A stretch of DNA of 64,000 nt from Stegostoma tigrinum (lineage: Eukaryota): positions 9,539,628 through 9,603,627 of the forward strand of contig NC_081396.1 of NCBI RefSeq assembly GCF_030684315.1. Reading direction: 5' to 3'. The first letter of the stretch is position 1; each line of letters opens with the position of its first letter. Below are positions 63,391 to 64,000 of the stretch, one piece after another. Under the pieces are notes generated by a model. The model had not been told where the DNA came from. It was given only the letters and a program-made list of their open reading frames with translations, and made no database searches. Position numbers and translations under genes: made by a program.

Positions 63391-63574
63391 AGGTCAGAAG
63401 TCACATGACACCAGGTTGCCATCCAACAGGTTCATTTGAAATCGCAAGCTTTCGTCAGCGCTACTACTTCTTTGGATCGACACACTCCACCGGACAAAGG
63501 AGCAGCGCTTGGAAAGCTTGTGTTTTGAAATAAACTTGTTGGACTATAACCTGGTGTCGTGTGACATCTTGACC
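63391..63574. mobile_element. Inverted dimer of a further Penelope terminal-repeat family, upstream of gene C
   Basis: gtcacatgacaccaggtt...ccaacaggttcatttgaaatc / ttttgaaataaacttgttgga...aacctggtgtcgtgtgac. Degenerate hammerhead ggagcagcgcttggaaagctt at ~63499-63519. Confidence 0.75.
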
Positions 63575-63924
63575 CTGACCGAATATTGATATAGAGTGAC
63601 AAGGTTGCCTGCATTTTCTGTGGGGAGAAAAGAATCAGAGGTAAACTTTGGCCTGAACGAATACCCATAGTTCTTTTTTTTATAAAATAGAGAAATATGA
63701 CTGGGATCATTCTTCAGTCTGTGTGTATTTCAAAACAGCCAGGTGAAACGTGTTATTTTTGACAAAATACAAACCTCATCTGAGCAACAGCTGAAATACT
63801 GTTTGCTACAACCAAATTAATGTACAACATTGAAAAAAGTAATTATCTCCCTGGAGCACAGAACCACACATAAATATTATCTTCTTTCAGTGAAATGCAG
63901 AGCCGATCAGAGTTTCTAATAGAG

Positions 63925-63994
63925 ATGCACGCAATACTGACAGGTCCACTGTTTAATGTTTATTATCCTGTCCTTGCAGCAGTCGGAGTTCCTG
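63925..63994 (+). CDS. GPR139-like GPCR gene C, coding exon 1 (exon 2 beyond window)
   Basis: MHAILTGPLFNVYYPVLAAVGVP+G, 70 nt, donor GTAAAT. CATAAATA 56 nt upstream. Confidence 0.88.
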
Positions 63995-64000
63995 GTAAAT

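Noticed and set aside
1-64000. CRISPR array or prokaryotic operon
   Set aside because: Repeats are dispersed retroelements, genes are spliced, and no regularly spaced repeat-spacer array exists.

Overview
Eukaryotic, repeat-rich vertebrate DNA, most likely from a cartilaginous fish (shark). This is inferred from HE1-type tRNA-derived SINEs, SacSINE/DeuSINE-like SINEs, CR1 (HER1-like) LINE fragments and Penelope-like elements. There is one 166-N assembly gap (14119-14284). The non-repeat content is a tandem cluster of two-exon GPR139/GPR142-like class A GPCR genes. Gene A has exon 1 at 10580-10649 and exon 2 at ~14285-15200 and looks decayed. Gene B has exon 1 at 26162-26231 and exon 2 at 36274-37199 and is intact (331 aa). 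Gene C shows only exon 1 (63925-63994). There is also an inverted pseudogene (7693-8305) and an intronic exon fragment (12098-12293). Between genes B and C lies a frameshifted T-cell receptor V-alpha/delta-like segment (60054-60326) with a perfect-consensus 23-bp-spacer RSS (60327-60365), so the GPCR cluster appears to be interleaved with an antigen-receptor V region. A second theme is a large set of short Penelope-derived elements from several sequence families. They carry minimal hammerhead-ribozyme cores (CUGAnGA-A-stem II-GAAA-NNUH) with covarying stem II, and many are inserted as inverted dimers flanked by 13-18 bp direct repeats. A degenerate C2H2 zinc-finger array lies at the window start. 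Repeat boundaries are approximate (by eye). Most short ORFs in the track are repeat-derived noise.
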